From: a virus
Strand: one strand, 5' to 3'
Virus record (IMG/VR): IMGVR_UViG_3300042261_001929
Location: 1-64,000 of that record
DNA length: 64,000 nt
Shown here: in pieces, positions 38,631-47,954 of the stretch
How the letters are laid out: each line of letters starts with the position of its first letter
Numbering within the stretch: the first letter of the stretch is position 1
Notes under the pieces: model-generated
Seen by the model: only the letters and a program-made list of their open reading frames with translations
What the model was told of the DNA's origin: nothing
Database searches by the model: none
Program-made: the position numbers and the translations under genes

Positions 38631-38831
38631 ATGGTTTTGGTTGAAGCTATAACGATAACGGTCATAATTGTCATCTATGCGTTATTACTTGTTATTCCAT
38701 TCTTTGCCATAATGGGGCTACTTGGTGACGACCTCGTATCGCTATTCATTTATTTCATTTGGGTAATATTTATAACTATATATTATTTCATGTGGTTATC
38801 AGAATCGACATATGCATATTTGCTTATATAA
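38631..38831 (+). CDS. Small two-TM membrane protein
   Basis: Two hydrophobic stretches. Confidence 0.5.
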   Translation: MVLVEAITITVIIVIYALLLVIPFFAIMGLLGDDLVSLFIYFIWVIFITIYYFMWLSESTYAYLLI

Positions 38832-38848
38832 CCTTTTTTCAACTTTTT

Positions 38849-39148
38849 TTATAAAACATTTCCCATATAACGGTACTGGTTCCCTCTTATTGTAATAGTA
38901 ACAAGGTCACCCTCGCGATAACTATCATAGACAATTCTGGGTACCTGCTCTATATCATAAAATCGGTCAGACCCAACTAATACAAAATGTAGTGTTCCAC
39001 CGTCATCCATGTACTTTTTTTCAATATAACCAGTAACAGGATGCCGATTTATGTCTCTCGGAATCACAATAAAAACTATTAGAAAAACCAGAAAAATAAC
39101 AACTAACTTACGAAATAATTTCATTTTCGCACTCCAAACATGCCGCAA
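38849..39148 (-). CDS. Membrane-anchored hypothetical protein
   Basis: N-terminal TM helix; YDSYREGDLVT. Confidence 0.5.
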   Translation of the reverse strand: MRHVWSAKMKLFRKLVVIFLVFLIVFIVIPRDINRHPVTGYIEKKYMDDGGTLHFVLVGSDRFYDIEQVPRIVYDSYREGDLVTITIRGNQYRYMGNVL

Positions 39149-39226
39149 AACACCAGTGTCGGGCGATACAATACTTACAGCATAGATCGCCCATTCGCCA
39201 GCAGGTGTTATGTTCGCGGCACTTTC

Positions 39227-39391
39227 CTACTTTCTCTTCCACAGATACAATAACACGCCCACTAACGGGAACAGAAAGGTCAATACTGCCCAAAACACTG
39301 CATTCATATTCCTCTTTACTGCATCAGCATACACGGCATAGGTTACAGCCAGTAATACTACAAATGATACCAGTTCTATAATTCCTGACAT
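39227..39391 (-). CDS. 54-aa two-TM peptide (PLDc_N-like)
   Basis: MSGIIELVSFVVLLAVTYAVYADAVKRNMNAVFWAVLTFLFPLVGVLLYLWKRK; AGGAG SD. Not in the ORF track. Confidence 0.6.
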   Translation of the reverse strand: MSGIIELVSFVVLLAVTYAVYADAVKRNMNAVFWAVLTFLFPLVGVLLYLWKRK

Positions 39392-39642
39392 ATTTTATCA
39401 ATACTCCTGTTTTGCGTAAAAACAGACCAATACCTTTAAATACCAACAGGTATATAAGCCTTTCTATTAAAAAAGGAGTGATTCATTTGGGAAAAAGATG
39501 TGAAATATGTAACCGGTATCATGCAGATCCAATGCCACCGGTATGTACAAAATGTGGAAACCATTTTGGGGTTACCGTTATTCTCAGGTTGCACCTCACC
39601 GGACCACATTATGTAGAATTTCTTAACAGATGGGGTATATAA

Positions 39643-39990
39643 ATGGCTGATAATGATTTTTCAATGACATTCCCGTTGCTTCTGATATTTATACTTTCGG
39701 CTTATGGTGTCCTAACTCTATCAATGATTTCATATGATAGTAGTCACATTCAAAAATACACTGTTGAAATAAAAACAACAGTGAACCCTACACAGACAAC
39801 CGACTTAGGCAACACTATATTTACAGTTACCAATATCGACAAACCCGAATATATTGTTTATGCTATCTGTTCTTCTGCGGAGCTAACTCTCTCCAATCCC
39901 ACAGAAAGTGAGCGCAGATGGGTAGAAACATTAAAAATTGGTGATCGTATAAGACTAAATTCTACAACACAGTCTTGGGAGACAGTATGA
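39643..39990 (+). CDS. Membrane-anchored hypothetical protein
   Basis: N-terminal TM helix. Confidence 0.5.
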   Translation: MADNDFSMTFPLLLIFILSAYGVLTLSMISYDSSHIQKYTVEIKTTVNPTQTTDLGNTIFTVTNIDKPEYIVYAICSSAELTLSNPTESERRWVETLKIGDRIRLNSTTQSWETV

Positions 39991-40187
39991 AAAACAAAAT
40001 ACCTTTTTTACTTAAAGCCCTTGTAATATGGATACTTGCAGCATATTGTACGTCACTATTCTCCGATTTCTCATTCCAAGAGATATTTGTAAAGGTAGGT
40101 TTCGTGATGTTGGCAATTGTTATTGAAATTATCATAATAATATCCACATTGATTTACGGAACACGCCACCACAAATACGAAGAGTAA
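39975..40187 (+). CDS. Small membrane protein
   Basis: Two TM stretches. Confidence 0.45.
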   Translation: MGDSMKNKIPFLLKALVIWILAAYCTSLFSDFSFQEIFVKVGFVMLAIVIEIIIIISTLIYGTRHHKYEE

Positions 40188-40379
40188 TGCGGGGCTATAC
40201 TAATATATCAAACCTACAATATACTTTAAAAAATAAAAATCAGTGATCCTTTTTTATTTTTTGCTCTTCAATTTCGATATCACCAATTGTTGAGACAATG
40301 ATATCCAGTTCTGAATGGTCCCTAATTTCACCACCATCCAGTTCAATATTTTTTAAATCAAATCCTCTCTTACTCATAT

Positions 40380-41403
40380 TTAGTACCTCAACAGCGCACC
40401 GATTCCACCAAAAATTTTCTCTAATTGAGCGCCTTCCTCAAAACCAGAGTCGATGTACTCTATTTTTGTACCATAGGCAACAGATTCGTTTTCTAATCCT
40501 TTATCTACATTTGATAACAAAAGCGTGTCAACTTTTCCATTTCTCAGCTCTTCCAAGACATTTTTCCCATAAGAAACGCGATCATCATTAGCTAGCCGTC
40601 TGAAAAACGTGCTCATAAGCTTCCTTTGTTTAACTAGCTCTGATTCAGCAAGCAACTCTCCAGCATTACCAATAGTCTCTTTAATGCCCTGAACACCAAC
40701 ATAACCGGTATCAATAACACCAAGAATCTTCTTGCGCAGCTCGTGATGTAAGTATTCACCAAGATAAAACTCATTCTTAGTAAGTCCAGGACCACTGATT
40801 ATAATACCAGCAAGATCCTCATCCAAAAGAACTTTATCAATTTTTTCCGCAGAGGATTTATACCACGCGATGATAGCAAGATCCCTATTTTTATCAAATC
40901 TCCTTTGGGACTGTCCACCCCTATCTTGTTTTGATGGAACAATGCTATCTTCATGCAATTTGGTCTCTACATGAACACCTTGTAAAATCGCGAGGTCCAT
41001 TTCGTGCAAATCAATGCATACAATAGCATATTTTACACCCTTGTCAATCATGCTATCAATTGGAGAAAAATCAAACTTGCTTCCGCATCGATAAATTATA
41101 CTCGATAATGGCTTTGGAACCTCAATAATTTCCGATATCCAACCATCAGATGTAGGCCCAACAAATATAACCACGTCTCCAGAGGCCATTTTTAGCCTCT
41201 CTAAGGCACTTTTTATTCCGGATGTAACAGAGTTCCTAGTGACCCTAGATTTTATGTTTGAAGCCTTACCAAGCTCATCTCTGAGCATCCCAGATGCTTC
41301 GGGAACCTTTCCATTAGGTACGTATAGGCTGATCAGTTCTGTGCCCGACCCCTTCAAATTTCGCAGTCCGTCAAAGACAGTATTTCTTAGTTTCTGATAT
41401 CAT
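40380..41403 (-). CDS. prf1: Peptide chain release factor aRF1/eRF1, probably expressed via a +1 frameshift at CTT-TGA-C (41376-41370)
   Basis: GTELISLY, ASNIKS, YRCGSKF, GGQSQRRF, FGGIGALLRY. GAGGTG SD and ATG at 41403 open a 10-codon ORF ending CTT TGA C; the +1 frame continues into the aRF1 ORF. Confidence 0.9.
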
Positions 41404-41546
41404 TACACACACCTCTGTTGTCGATTATTATCTCAAGTCCGTCTAAACTATTTGATCCATTTTTATATGGAATCCGAATATCCTTGATAAATGATGATCC
41501 AAACATATTATCCTCTAAAAATATGTACAGCCATTCTTAGGCTGCA

Positions 41547-41993
41547 TTACTCATCTATTGTTGTACTTTGCTGGCTACTGGTGCCCGCGTCCGCCTTCAC
41601 TTTTGCTGCAATGAGTCCCATAAAAATTGGTAGACGTTGATTGATGCTGTCTAGTGATTTAGCATCCTTACAATAGTTCGTCATGGATACAAATCCAACC
41701 AATGTATATTCCATGATAACGTTCTCATCCCCATCACAGACAGCAATTTTAATCTTATTTGTGTCGGCAGGCTTTATCAAGTAGATAAAGTACGTTATGT
41801 TCTTTTCAACAATGCTGAATACTGATGTAGTATCCATAAAACTTATCCCAATTGGGACGACTTTTTCCCAACGCTCTACAGAGTTCACTAAACGACTTAG
41901 TGATACTTCTCTTTCGCTTTGATCAGTGTTAAACATAGCCGAATCCTCAGCTTCTCGCACTTCAGCCAATATCTTTTCAGTGTCTTCTATCAT
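41547..41993 (-). CDS. Hypothetical protein
   Basis: 148 aa; overlaps the neighbouring stop. Confidence 0.55.
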   Translation of the reverse strand: MIEDTEKILAEVREAEDSAMFNTDQSEREVSLSRLVNSVERWEKVVPIGISFMDTTSVFSIVEKNITYFIYLIKPADTNKIKIAVCDGDENVIMEYTLVGFVSMTNYCKDAKSLDSINQRLPIFMGLIAAKVKADAGTSSQQSTTIDE

Positions 41994-42301
41994 ATATATT
42001 GCTCCATAAATCTGGATCTGATTTTTTGAATATCATCAAGAACATGCTCTTCGGCATATTTCTTTACCGCTGCTTTATATCTAGCTTTGTCCTCTTCATC
42101 ATCACGATAATATCCCCGGATGTCATTGTTCTTGGTGTAATAGGCATACAACAATTTTGCATAGGCCCTTTCTATATATTCCAACATGTCAGCCATGTCG
42201 TCCGCTACGTCAGGAAGCTCACAGCGATATCCCTCACCACACGCTCCCTCGAATCCGAGGGATCTTGCCTCTTTTACCAGAGGATTTTCCGGAATTTCCA
42301 T
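41990..42301 (-). CDS. Hypothetical protein
   Basis: 103 aa ORF. Confidence 0.55.
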   Translation of the reverse strand: MEIPENPLVKEARSLGFEGACGEGYRCELPDVADDMADMLEYIERAYAKLLYAYYTKNNDIRGYYRDDEEDKARYKAAVKKYAEEHVLDDIQKIRSRFMEQYI

Positions 42302-42305
42302 ATAC

Positions 42306-42848
42306 CTAACATGCCTCCATTTTGTTTATTATATCAAATCCCTTTATGTATTCATCCCGCATTTTATTTCCATTTCTTAATATGTATGCTGGATGGTACA
42401 TTGGAATACAGTCTATTCCTGCCCATTTAAATACTTTTCCATTTGCAAGAGATATCCTTTCAGTGGGAAAGAAGTACTTAAGGGCGATTGCGCCCAGCAA
42501 AACGATACGCTTGGGCTTCATCTCAGATATCTGATTCAATAACCACATTTCACATGTTTGTATTTCTTCATGTGTGGGTGCGCGATTGTCTGGCGGATGG
42601 CATTTAACCATATTAGTAATAATATAATTATCAATATTATTTTTTTCCAAGCATTCATCAAGGAGCTTCCCACTCCTCCCGCAAAAAGGAATGCCCTGCT
42701 TCATCTCCTCAAATCCAGGGGCCTCACCAATGATCATAATATAAGGTGATCCCTTCCCTCGCGACACAACCACTTTTCCATTTTCTTTATCACGATTTCC
42801 CGACAAACTACAGTATCGGCAAGCCTGAATCATCTCCGTTAAATTCAT
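42306..42848 (-). CDS. udg: Uracil-DNA glycosylase family 4 (start reassigned to the ATG at 42848)
   Basis: CRYC.L, IGEAPG..E...G.PFCGRSGKLL, TNMVKCHPP.NR.P, C..WL, YHPAY.LR. Confidence 0.9.
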   Translation of the reverse strand: MNLTEMIQACRYCSLSGNRDKENGKVVVSRGKGSPYIMIIGEAPGFEEMKQGIPFCGRSGKLLDECLEKNNIDNYIITNMVKCHPPDNRAPTHEEIQTCEMWLLNQISEMKPKRIVLLGAIALKYFFPTERISLANGKVFKWAGIDCIPMYHPAYILRNGNKMRDEYIKGFDIINKMEAC

Positions 42849-43048
42849 GAGAAACCCACTACAGACGTTGATATAAAATATCCAGATATTGCCCCACCAT
42901 AATACAATATCGTAAAATATGTATCGCTCTTGTTTCCGGTATGCCTGTCGATCAAATGACCCCCAAGCCCACCAATAAAAGCACATCCCAATATAATAAC
43001 AAACATTGATACTAATCGACCAATCGTCTCATATCCATTCATACACAT
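42845..43048 (-). CDS. Small two-TM protein, AtpZ/AtpI-like paralogue 1
   Basis: GGLGGHLIDR...ILYYGGAISG. Confidence 0.45.
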   Translation of the reverse strand: MCMNGYETIGRLVSMFVIILGCAFIGGLGGHLIDRHTGNKSDTYFTILYYGGAISGYFISTSVVGFS

Positions 43049-43282
43049 TCACCTCATTGATGCCACTGTCATAACCATATAGTATATGGACAAAGCTGCA
43101 CATACGATCCCACCAATTATATAGAGCGGTTTATAGAATATTCCCTTGTTCTTCTCTTTCTTCAATAACGTGTCAATGGTAATCCCAATAGCCCCACCGA
43201 TGACCATTCCGATTAGTCCGGACACCATCACAATTATTGTAGCACCGAGGGTATAAACCAGCTTCATAGCCATTGTCATCAT
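43049..43282 (-). CDS. Small two-TM protein, paralogue 2
   Basis: GGAIGITIDT...LYIIGGIV. Confidence 0.45.
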   Translation of the reverse strand: MMTMAMKLVYTLGATIIVMVSGLIGMVIGGAIGITIDTLLKKEKNKGIFYKPLYIIGGIVCAALSIYYMVMTVASMR

Positions 43283-43479
43283 ATTGATCCACCTTTTGAT
43301 ATAAAATTATAAAACATCATTACAAGTCCCACGATTGCTCCCACGACACTAAGTATCACAGACAATTTGTTCTCTGCATGCAATATTTCACGATCTAAAA
43401 TCATTCCGAATATTTGTCCTGTGCATCCACATATAAATGCGAACAATAATATTATACCTAGTTGAAACAATGTTATCAT
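43279..43479 (-). CDS. Small two-TM protein, paralogue 3
   Basis: GQIFGMILDR...LSVVGAIVG. Confidence 0.45.
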   Translation of the reverse strand: MITLFQLGIILLFAFICGCTGQIFGMILDREILHAENKLSVILSVVGAIVGLVMMFYNFISKGGSI

Positions 43480-43483
43480 GGAT

Positions 43484-44026
43484 CTACCCCATTTTGTCTA
43501 AGTCGTTTGCCTTTATAAATGCTTCGATCAAAGGATCGCCATAATAAACTAGATCAAAATAACTTGATCCACTACAATAATACCACAAATATGCATCCTC
43601 ATCTCCGACATCAATTTCCATCAGCCTAGCTAACGTACCTGAGCATGATCGCGAGCCCCATACATTTTCATAACATTCTCCAGCTATCAATAGTCCGACA
43701 TCGCGAGCACTATATTCACTGACCAACTTTAATACGTTTGCGTGCCTTCTTCTTAACTCATCTAGAGAAAAGTCACATATATGTGGCAAATTATTATGTG
43801 TGTTATTATAATTATCCCAGAATATACTAGCCTGTCTTCCGATCTTATTCCATTCCCTAACAGCCTTATGACATTCATCACACAGCAAAGATTTTTTCCA
43901 AAAAAGTACCTTCTTGTTTACATGAGGAATTCCTTCGATTTCTTCTTCACAGATATCGCATTTATCCCAATGCCCAAATATCATAGTAAAAACCCATGTC
44001 CCCACATCATATATGATCGATAACAC
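43484..44026 (-). CDS. Hypothetical protein with N-terminal zinc ribbon
   Basis: CDIC...CDEC. Confidence 0.55.
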   Translation of the reverse strand: MLSIIYDVGTWVFTMIFGHWDKCDICEEEIEGIPHVNKKVLFWKKSLLCDECHKAVREWNKIGRQASIFWDNYNNTHNNLPHICDFSLDELRRRHANVLKLVSEYSARDVGLLIAGECYENVWGSRSCSGTLARLMEIDVGDEDAYLWYYCSGSSYFDLVYYGDPLIEAFIKANDLDKMG

Positions 44027-44148
44027 ATATCACATGTCACAACAACATCCCCCAAAATGCTATGATTTATATGCGGATGTTTTGCAATCCGTGTCTTGCA
44101 CATCTTACATTTAAAGAACAGCTTCACATTATCACCAAAAAAATGAAA

Positions 44149-45378
44149 TTAGTTGGTTACTTCAACTATGACATCAGTGAAGTACTTACCATTCTCAGCA
44201 AACCTCACTTGCCATTTGTTTGAACCAACTTTAAGTAAAAAAATCGTCCTCATTTTATTCATATTCATGACCCTATCAGTATAAAGAGTCTTGTTATCCT
44301 TTGTATTGAACGCTAACCTTATCTGATCGCCCTTGTTAAAACCGTTCTGCATCCAAGTAGCACTTGGTGATACATTAAACATCCTAGTTTTTATAGGAGT
44401 TACCATATCAATGGACGCTATATTGTTCCCAGCTTTTAGTGCCGTGATCTTCGCGCTCACGTTGCCTGACTTTGTAAGAATTATTACATCATCACTTGGT
44501 TTAACAACCGGTGGCGTGGGAGGTACGGGCGGTACAGGTGGCTCTATTGTCTTATCCGCTACAATTCCATAGTATCCGTATGATCCAAATCCAGTGTCGG
44601 CTGTATACGAAATTCGGAACCACCCTGATTCTCCCCAGCTCTTACCCCAACTATTTTTGCAAATCCAGTACTTCTCGGCATCATTCCATCCTACAATAGC
44701 AACAGCATGATTCCCGACATATCCACCATACTCAGCCGTGTAGATGCCCCTCTCATAATTAAAGAAGTCTTCATATACCTGCATGCCGGTAATTACCGGC
44801 CCCTTTGTCACAATCCAGTTTTTAACTTCATCAATGGATGACAACTGCTTGTATGCACCAACCTTAGTTAATTGTGTGCTATACTTTGCACATTTTGCTT
44901 CATCTGTTAAATAGGGATAGCATGATTCATTGCATACACCATATTTCACAAGGGCCTTAAGTGCTGGTTCAAATGTCCATCCAATAGCACAGTTTCCGCC
45001 TCTGGAAAACAAATCCCACTCACTTAAATCTAGATTAAGAGATGAGCTATTCCCATACACTTCCTTTGTACTCTCTGTTGCTGCTATTATAGCAAATGCA
45101 ACACATGCCCCGCACCCTTCCTGACTCCTTATTCCCGTCGCAAAATTCTTCCCATTTACATCCCTAAGATCGTACTTGACCGGATTCGAATATGAGATAC
45201 CAGAAGACATCATTGGCGTCTCGACAGTTGTTTGATTATCTGCCAACCCAAGCATTCCCCTCATCTCAGATAGTGTCATTTCAGAGACTCTGTTTGGGGC
45301 CTCGCTCCAAGATTTGTCGGCTGATATCGGAAATACCAGAATCGACAAAAGTAAAAAAACAGCTAATATTCTTTTCAT
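44149..45378 (-). CDS. Secreted papain-family (C1A) cysteine protease
   Basis: Signal peptide; QEGCGACVAFA, DLSE, NHAVAIVGW, WICKNSWG.SWGE.GWF; Pro-rich linker and C-terminal beta domain. Confidence 0.9.
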   Translation of the reverse strand: MKRILAVFLLLSILVFPISADKSWSEAPNRVSEMTLSEMRGMLGLADNQTTVETPMMSSGISYSNPVKYDLRDVNGKNFATGIRSQEGCGACVAFAIIAATESTKEVYGNSSSLNLDLSEWDLFSRGGNCAIGWTFEPALKALVKYGVCNESCYPYLTDEAKCAKYSTQLTKVGAYKQLSSIDEVKNWIVTKGPVITGMQVYEDFFNYERGIYTAEYGGYVGNHAVAIVGWNDAEKYWICKNSWGKSWGESGWFRISYTADTGFGSYGYYGIVADKTIEPPVPPVPPTPPVVKPSDDVIILTKSGNVSAKITALKAGNNIASIDMVTPIKTRMFNVSPSATWMQNGFNKGDQIRLAFNTKDNKTLYTDRVMNMNKMRTIFLLKVGSNKWQVRFAENGKYFTDVIVEVTN

Positions 45379-45478
45379 CGTACCTCAAATCAACGATATG
45401 ATATATAAATGTTTCGGTAAAATCGAAGGTTATAAATACTATAATCACTACCATACTGGTATACTAAGGTGATGAAAT

Positions 45479-45667
45479 ATGAAAAATCAAGGTGAAAGCT
45501 TAAAGGAATGCGTCACGAGAAAATGGATCGGTTTCTGTGAATTTATGCACTGGCATTTTCCGAATAAGAACATTGGATTCGATGGGTGCTCATTTGAATC
45601 CAGATGCAAACATTGTAATAGAAGGATATTACAGGACAGCCAAGGCAATTGGTTCACAATAGACTAA
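45479..45667 (+). CDS. Small Cys/His protein
   Basis: C...HWH...CKHC...DSQGNWF; GGTGA SD. Confidence 0.55.
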   Translation: MKNQGESLKECVTRKWIGFCEFMHWHFPNKNIGFDGCSFESRCKHCNRRILQDSQGNWFTID

Positions 45668-45702
45668 TTATTTTTTTTTCCTATAAATATATAAAAACAA
45701 GA

Positions 45703-45791
45703 AGCCTCTGGAGGGATTCGAACCCCCTACCTCCTGATATCTTGGATCAAGTCCTACAAGTCAGGCGCACTGCCAACAGTGCTTCAGAGGC
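45703..45791 (-). tRNA. tRNA-Thr(TGT) with a 16-nt canonical intron (45739-45754)
   Basis: Cloverleaf with acceptor GCCTCTG/CAGAGGC. Anticodon arm CCTGA-CTTGTA^intron^A-TCAGG. The intron forms a BHB (CTTG/CAAG helix with TAG and ATA bulges). Confidence 0.9.
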
Positions 45792-45813
45792 ATCATAATA
45801 CTGTATGCGTAAA

Positions 45814-45887
45814 AGCCGCTAGAGGTATTCGAACCCTCGACCTATCGGTTACTGGCCGATCGCTCTATCCAACTGAGCTATAGCGGC
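45814..45887 (-). tRNA. tRNA-Thr(AGT)-like gene, atypical (C33, A34, G53:A61)
   Basis: Acceptor GCCGCTA/TAGCGGC; anticodon loop CCAGTAA; T loop TTCGAAT. Confidence 0.75.
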
Positions 45888-45898
45888 AAAATGATTTT

Positions 45899-46261
45899 TT
45901 AGATGTTCTCTACCATCATCGTACCTGATATCCCTTTTCCTACAGCACTAACGGAATAAACATCTATACTCTTAAACAATTTTAATATATTTCCTATGTT
46001 TATCCACTCTTTTGTTCCGTCTTTGCACTCAACCAATACAAAGTCGTACCACGATCCGATCACAACACCTTCATAATATGACATGAAATGTGGATTTGTT
46101 GCCCATTCTCCAGCTCGATCCTTGTCATCCGTTACATGCCCATACCCAACCGTGTTCCCTATCAGATATGAGCTTGAATTTATATCGGAAGATGCTGATC
46201 CCACTGCTAACAATAAAATCAGCACACCGATGCATAAATACATTCTCATTCTCATACACAT
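45899..46261 (-). CDS. Secreted hypothetical protein
   Basis: N-terminal signal peptide. Confidence 0.55.
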   Translation of the reverse strand: MCMRMRMYLCIGVLILLLAVGSASSDINSSSYLIGNTVGYGHVTDDKDRAGEWATNPHFMSYYEGVVIGSWYDFVLVECKDGTKEWINIGNILKLFKSIDVYSVSAVGKGISGTMMVENI

Positions 46262-46324
46262 GGGATTCTCCTAATCATATTTATACCTTTTGGTTCCCTG
46301 TTTGCCTGACTTCATGCCAAATAA

Positions 46325-46687
46325 TTACTCCCGCTTGACGCCCAAAAGTACATATTTCACAAATCGACCCGCAGAACAGAGTACAATGCCCAAGAAGAGC
46401 CACATGAAACCAAATATTATAGCAAGAGCTGGACCCGTCATAGCCAAACCCGCGATGGTAATTAGTATATAGTTATACTTTAGACCTATCGCGAACACAA
46501 TAAATCCAATGATCGTGAACGATAATAGTTCTAGGGTGTAGTCGCCTTCCTTCGTATCGAGGTTTCGAATGCTTCTTGGAATATGGGCAGCTCCGAGAAA
46601 TATGGCATCGATTAATCCCAACAGTCCTAAGATTGCGAATATTATTAGCGCACTATTGACCACGAGTATGTCAATTGTCCTGTCCAT
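46325..46687 (-). CDS. Membrane protein
   Basis: Three to four hydrophobic segments. Confidence 0.55.
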   Translation of the reverse strand: MDRTIDILVVNSALIIFAILGLLGLIDAIFLGAAHIPRSIRNLDTKEGDYTLELLSFTIIGFIVFAIGLKYNYILITIAGLAMTGPALAIIFGFMWLFLGIVLCSAGRFVKYVLLGVKRE

Positions 46688-46694
46688 ATCTATA

Positions 46695-47042
46695 TCACCA
46701 CTTTACTATATAAACAAAGTTTGGTTTACCAATTTTCGTCATGAAATCGATCATATGTCTAGCTCCCTTTGATCTTCCATCCCAGATCGCGACAAGAGCA
46801 TCCGCATATTTTCCCATTTCCTCATTTCTTTTTATGCCCGCAGATCTACCATACTTATTCCAATCCGCAGGCATTCTCTTTATTGGTATTCCTAGTATAT
46901 CAGCGTATTGCTCACCCAACTGATCAGCGCCGCGAGCAGTTCCCGAAACAACCTCATCTATAACAAAATCGGATAACCGGACGGCCTCTACTACATCATC
47001 GAGGTTCTTTATGGTCCGGCTGCCCGCTATAATAACTTTCAT
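46695..47042 (-). CDS. YspA/DUF2493-type SLOG family protein
   Basis: IIAGSR, VSGTARGAD, PADW.KYG.SAG..RN..M, WDG.SKG..HM. Confidence 0.85.
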   Translation of the reverse strand: MKVIIAGSRTIKNLDDVVEAVRLSDFVIDEVVSGTARGADQLGEQYADILGIPIKRMPADWNKYGRSAGIKRNEEMGKYADALVAIWDGRSKGARHMIDFMTKIGKPNFVYIVKW

Positions 47043-47374
47043 AGCAATTTTAAGTCCTTGGTAAGCTCCTTTGTTTCATCGGTCGCCCTGAAACCCAAAC
47101 ATGTTATAGTTCCTGGGGCTACTTCGGTCAGCCCAGCATCCTCAATATATTCACCATCAATCTCACCATGATCAATCATATCAATGAATTTCTTAAAATC
47201 TTCAGACTGAGCTTTCAATATGATTGCCTTTCCCAATACCGAATATTTCCTTGCTAATTTCATCGCGACATGACTTACCTGTGACGAAATTTTACCCTTT
47301 CTCATCCCAAGACCACTATCAATTATATATACATAAGTTATACTTAGATCCACTATTCCCCTCATGACTACCAC
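47039..47374 (-). CDS. pth2: Peptidyl-tRNA hydrolase Pth2 (archaeal/eukaryotic type)
   Basis: LGMRKGKISSQVSH, KAIILK, EDAGLTEVAPGTITCLG. Confidence 0.85.
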   Translation of the reverse strand: MVVMRGIVDLSITYVYIIDSGLGMRKGKISSQVSHVAMKLARKYSVLGKAIILKAQSEDFKKFIDMIDHGEIDGEYIEDAGLTEVAPGTITCLGFRATDETKELTKDLKLL

Positions 47375-47605
47375 CTATTCCAATGCTACGCTATATCCAT
47401 CGATAAAACCATTGACCCACGCACTCTTGATATCGAGGTCCAGTGTTGATATTTTTTCCTTTTCCTGAATTATACACATAACGAATGCTCCGGCCTTTTT
47501 TCTTTTCTCGATGCGCTGGTTCTTCCCTAACGGGAAATGCCTAATAATTTCGTTCCCTAAATCAGGATCATAGAATGGCTTCCCTATAAAATATTCAATC
47601 TCCAT
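47375..47605 (-). CDS. Hypothetical protein
   Basis: 76 aa ORF at the head of the gene run. Confidence 0.45.
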   Translation of the reverse strand: MEIEYFIGKPFYDPDLGNEIIRHFPLGKNQRIEKRKKAGAFVMCIIQEKEKISTLDLDIKSAWVNGFIDGYSVALE

Positions 47606-47711
47606 GAACCATGATTTTCTTCCTTAATATATAAGCTTTTGGTATTTGCAAAACCCTTAAATATCATCAAATACGATAGTAAGCCCGACACGCATAAGAG
47701 GAGGTTAATAT

Positions 47712-47954
47712 ATGAAGTATGAAGATAAATACCCGAACGCGAAGCATCTTGAAGAAGTTGCTCCATCATTAGTAAAATTTTTACCATCTGAGGAATGCCT
47801 TATATGTGGTGCCCCTACTACCTTTGGTGATATCGATTTTGGAGCACCTTTTTGCTCTGAGGAATGTTTTCAAGCAATGTGGGAGCAATATATTCGCGAT
47901 TCGTGCAGCACCACAGGATATCCAGATGAAAAGGTGATCATCCATGATAATTGA
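47712..47954 (+). CDS. Small zinc-finger protein
   Basis: CLICG...FCSEEC; GAGG SD. Confidence 0.55.
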   Translation: MKYEDKYPNAKHLEEVAPSLVKFLPSEECLICGAPTTFGDIDFGAPFCSEECFQAMWEQYIRDSCSTTGYPDEKVIIHDN

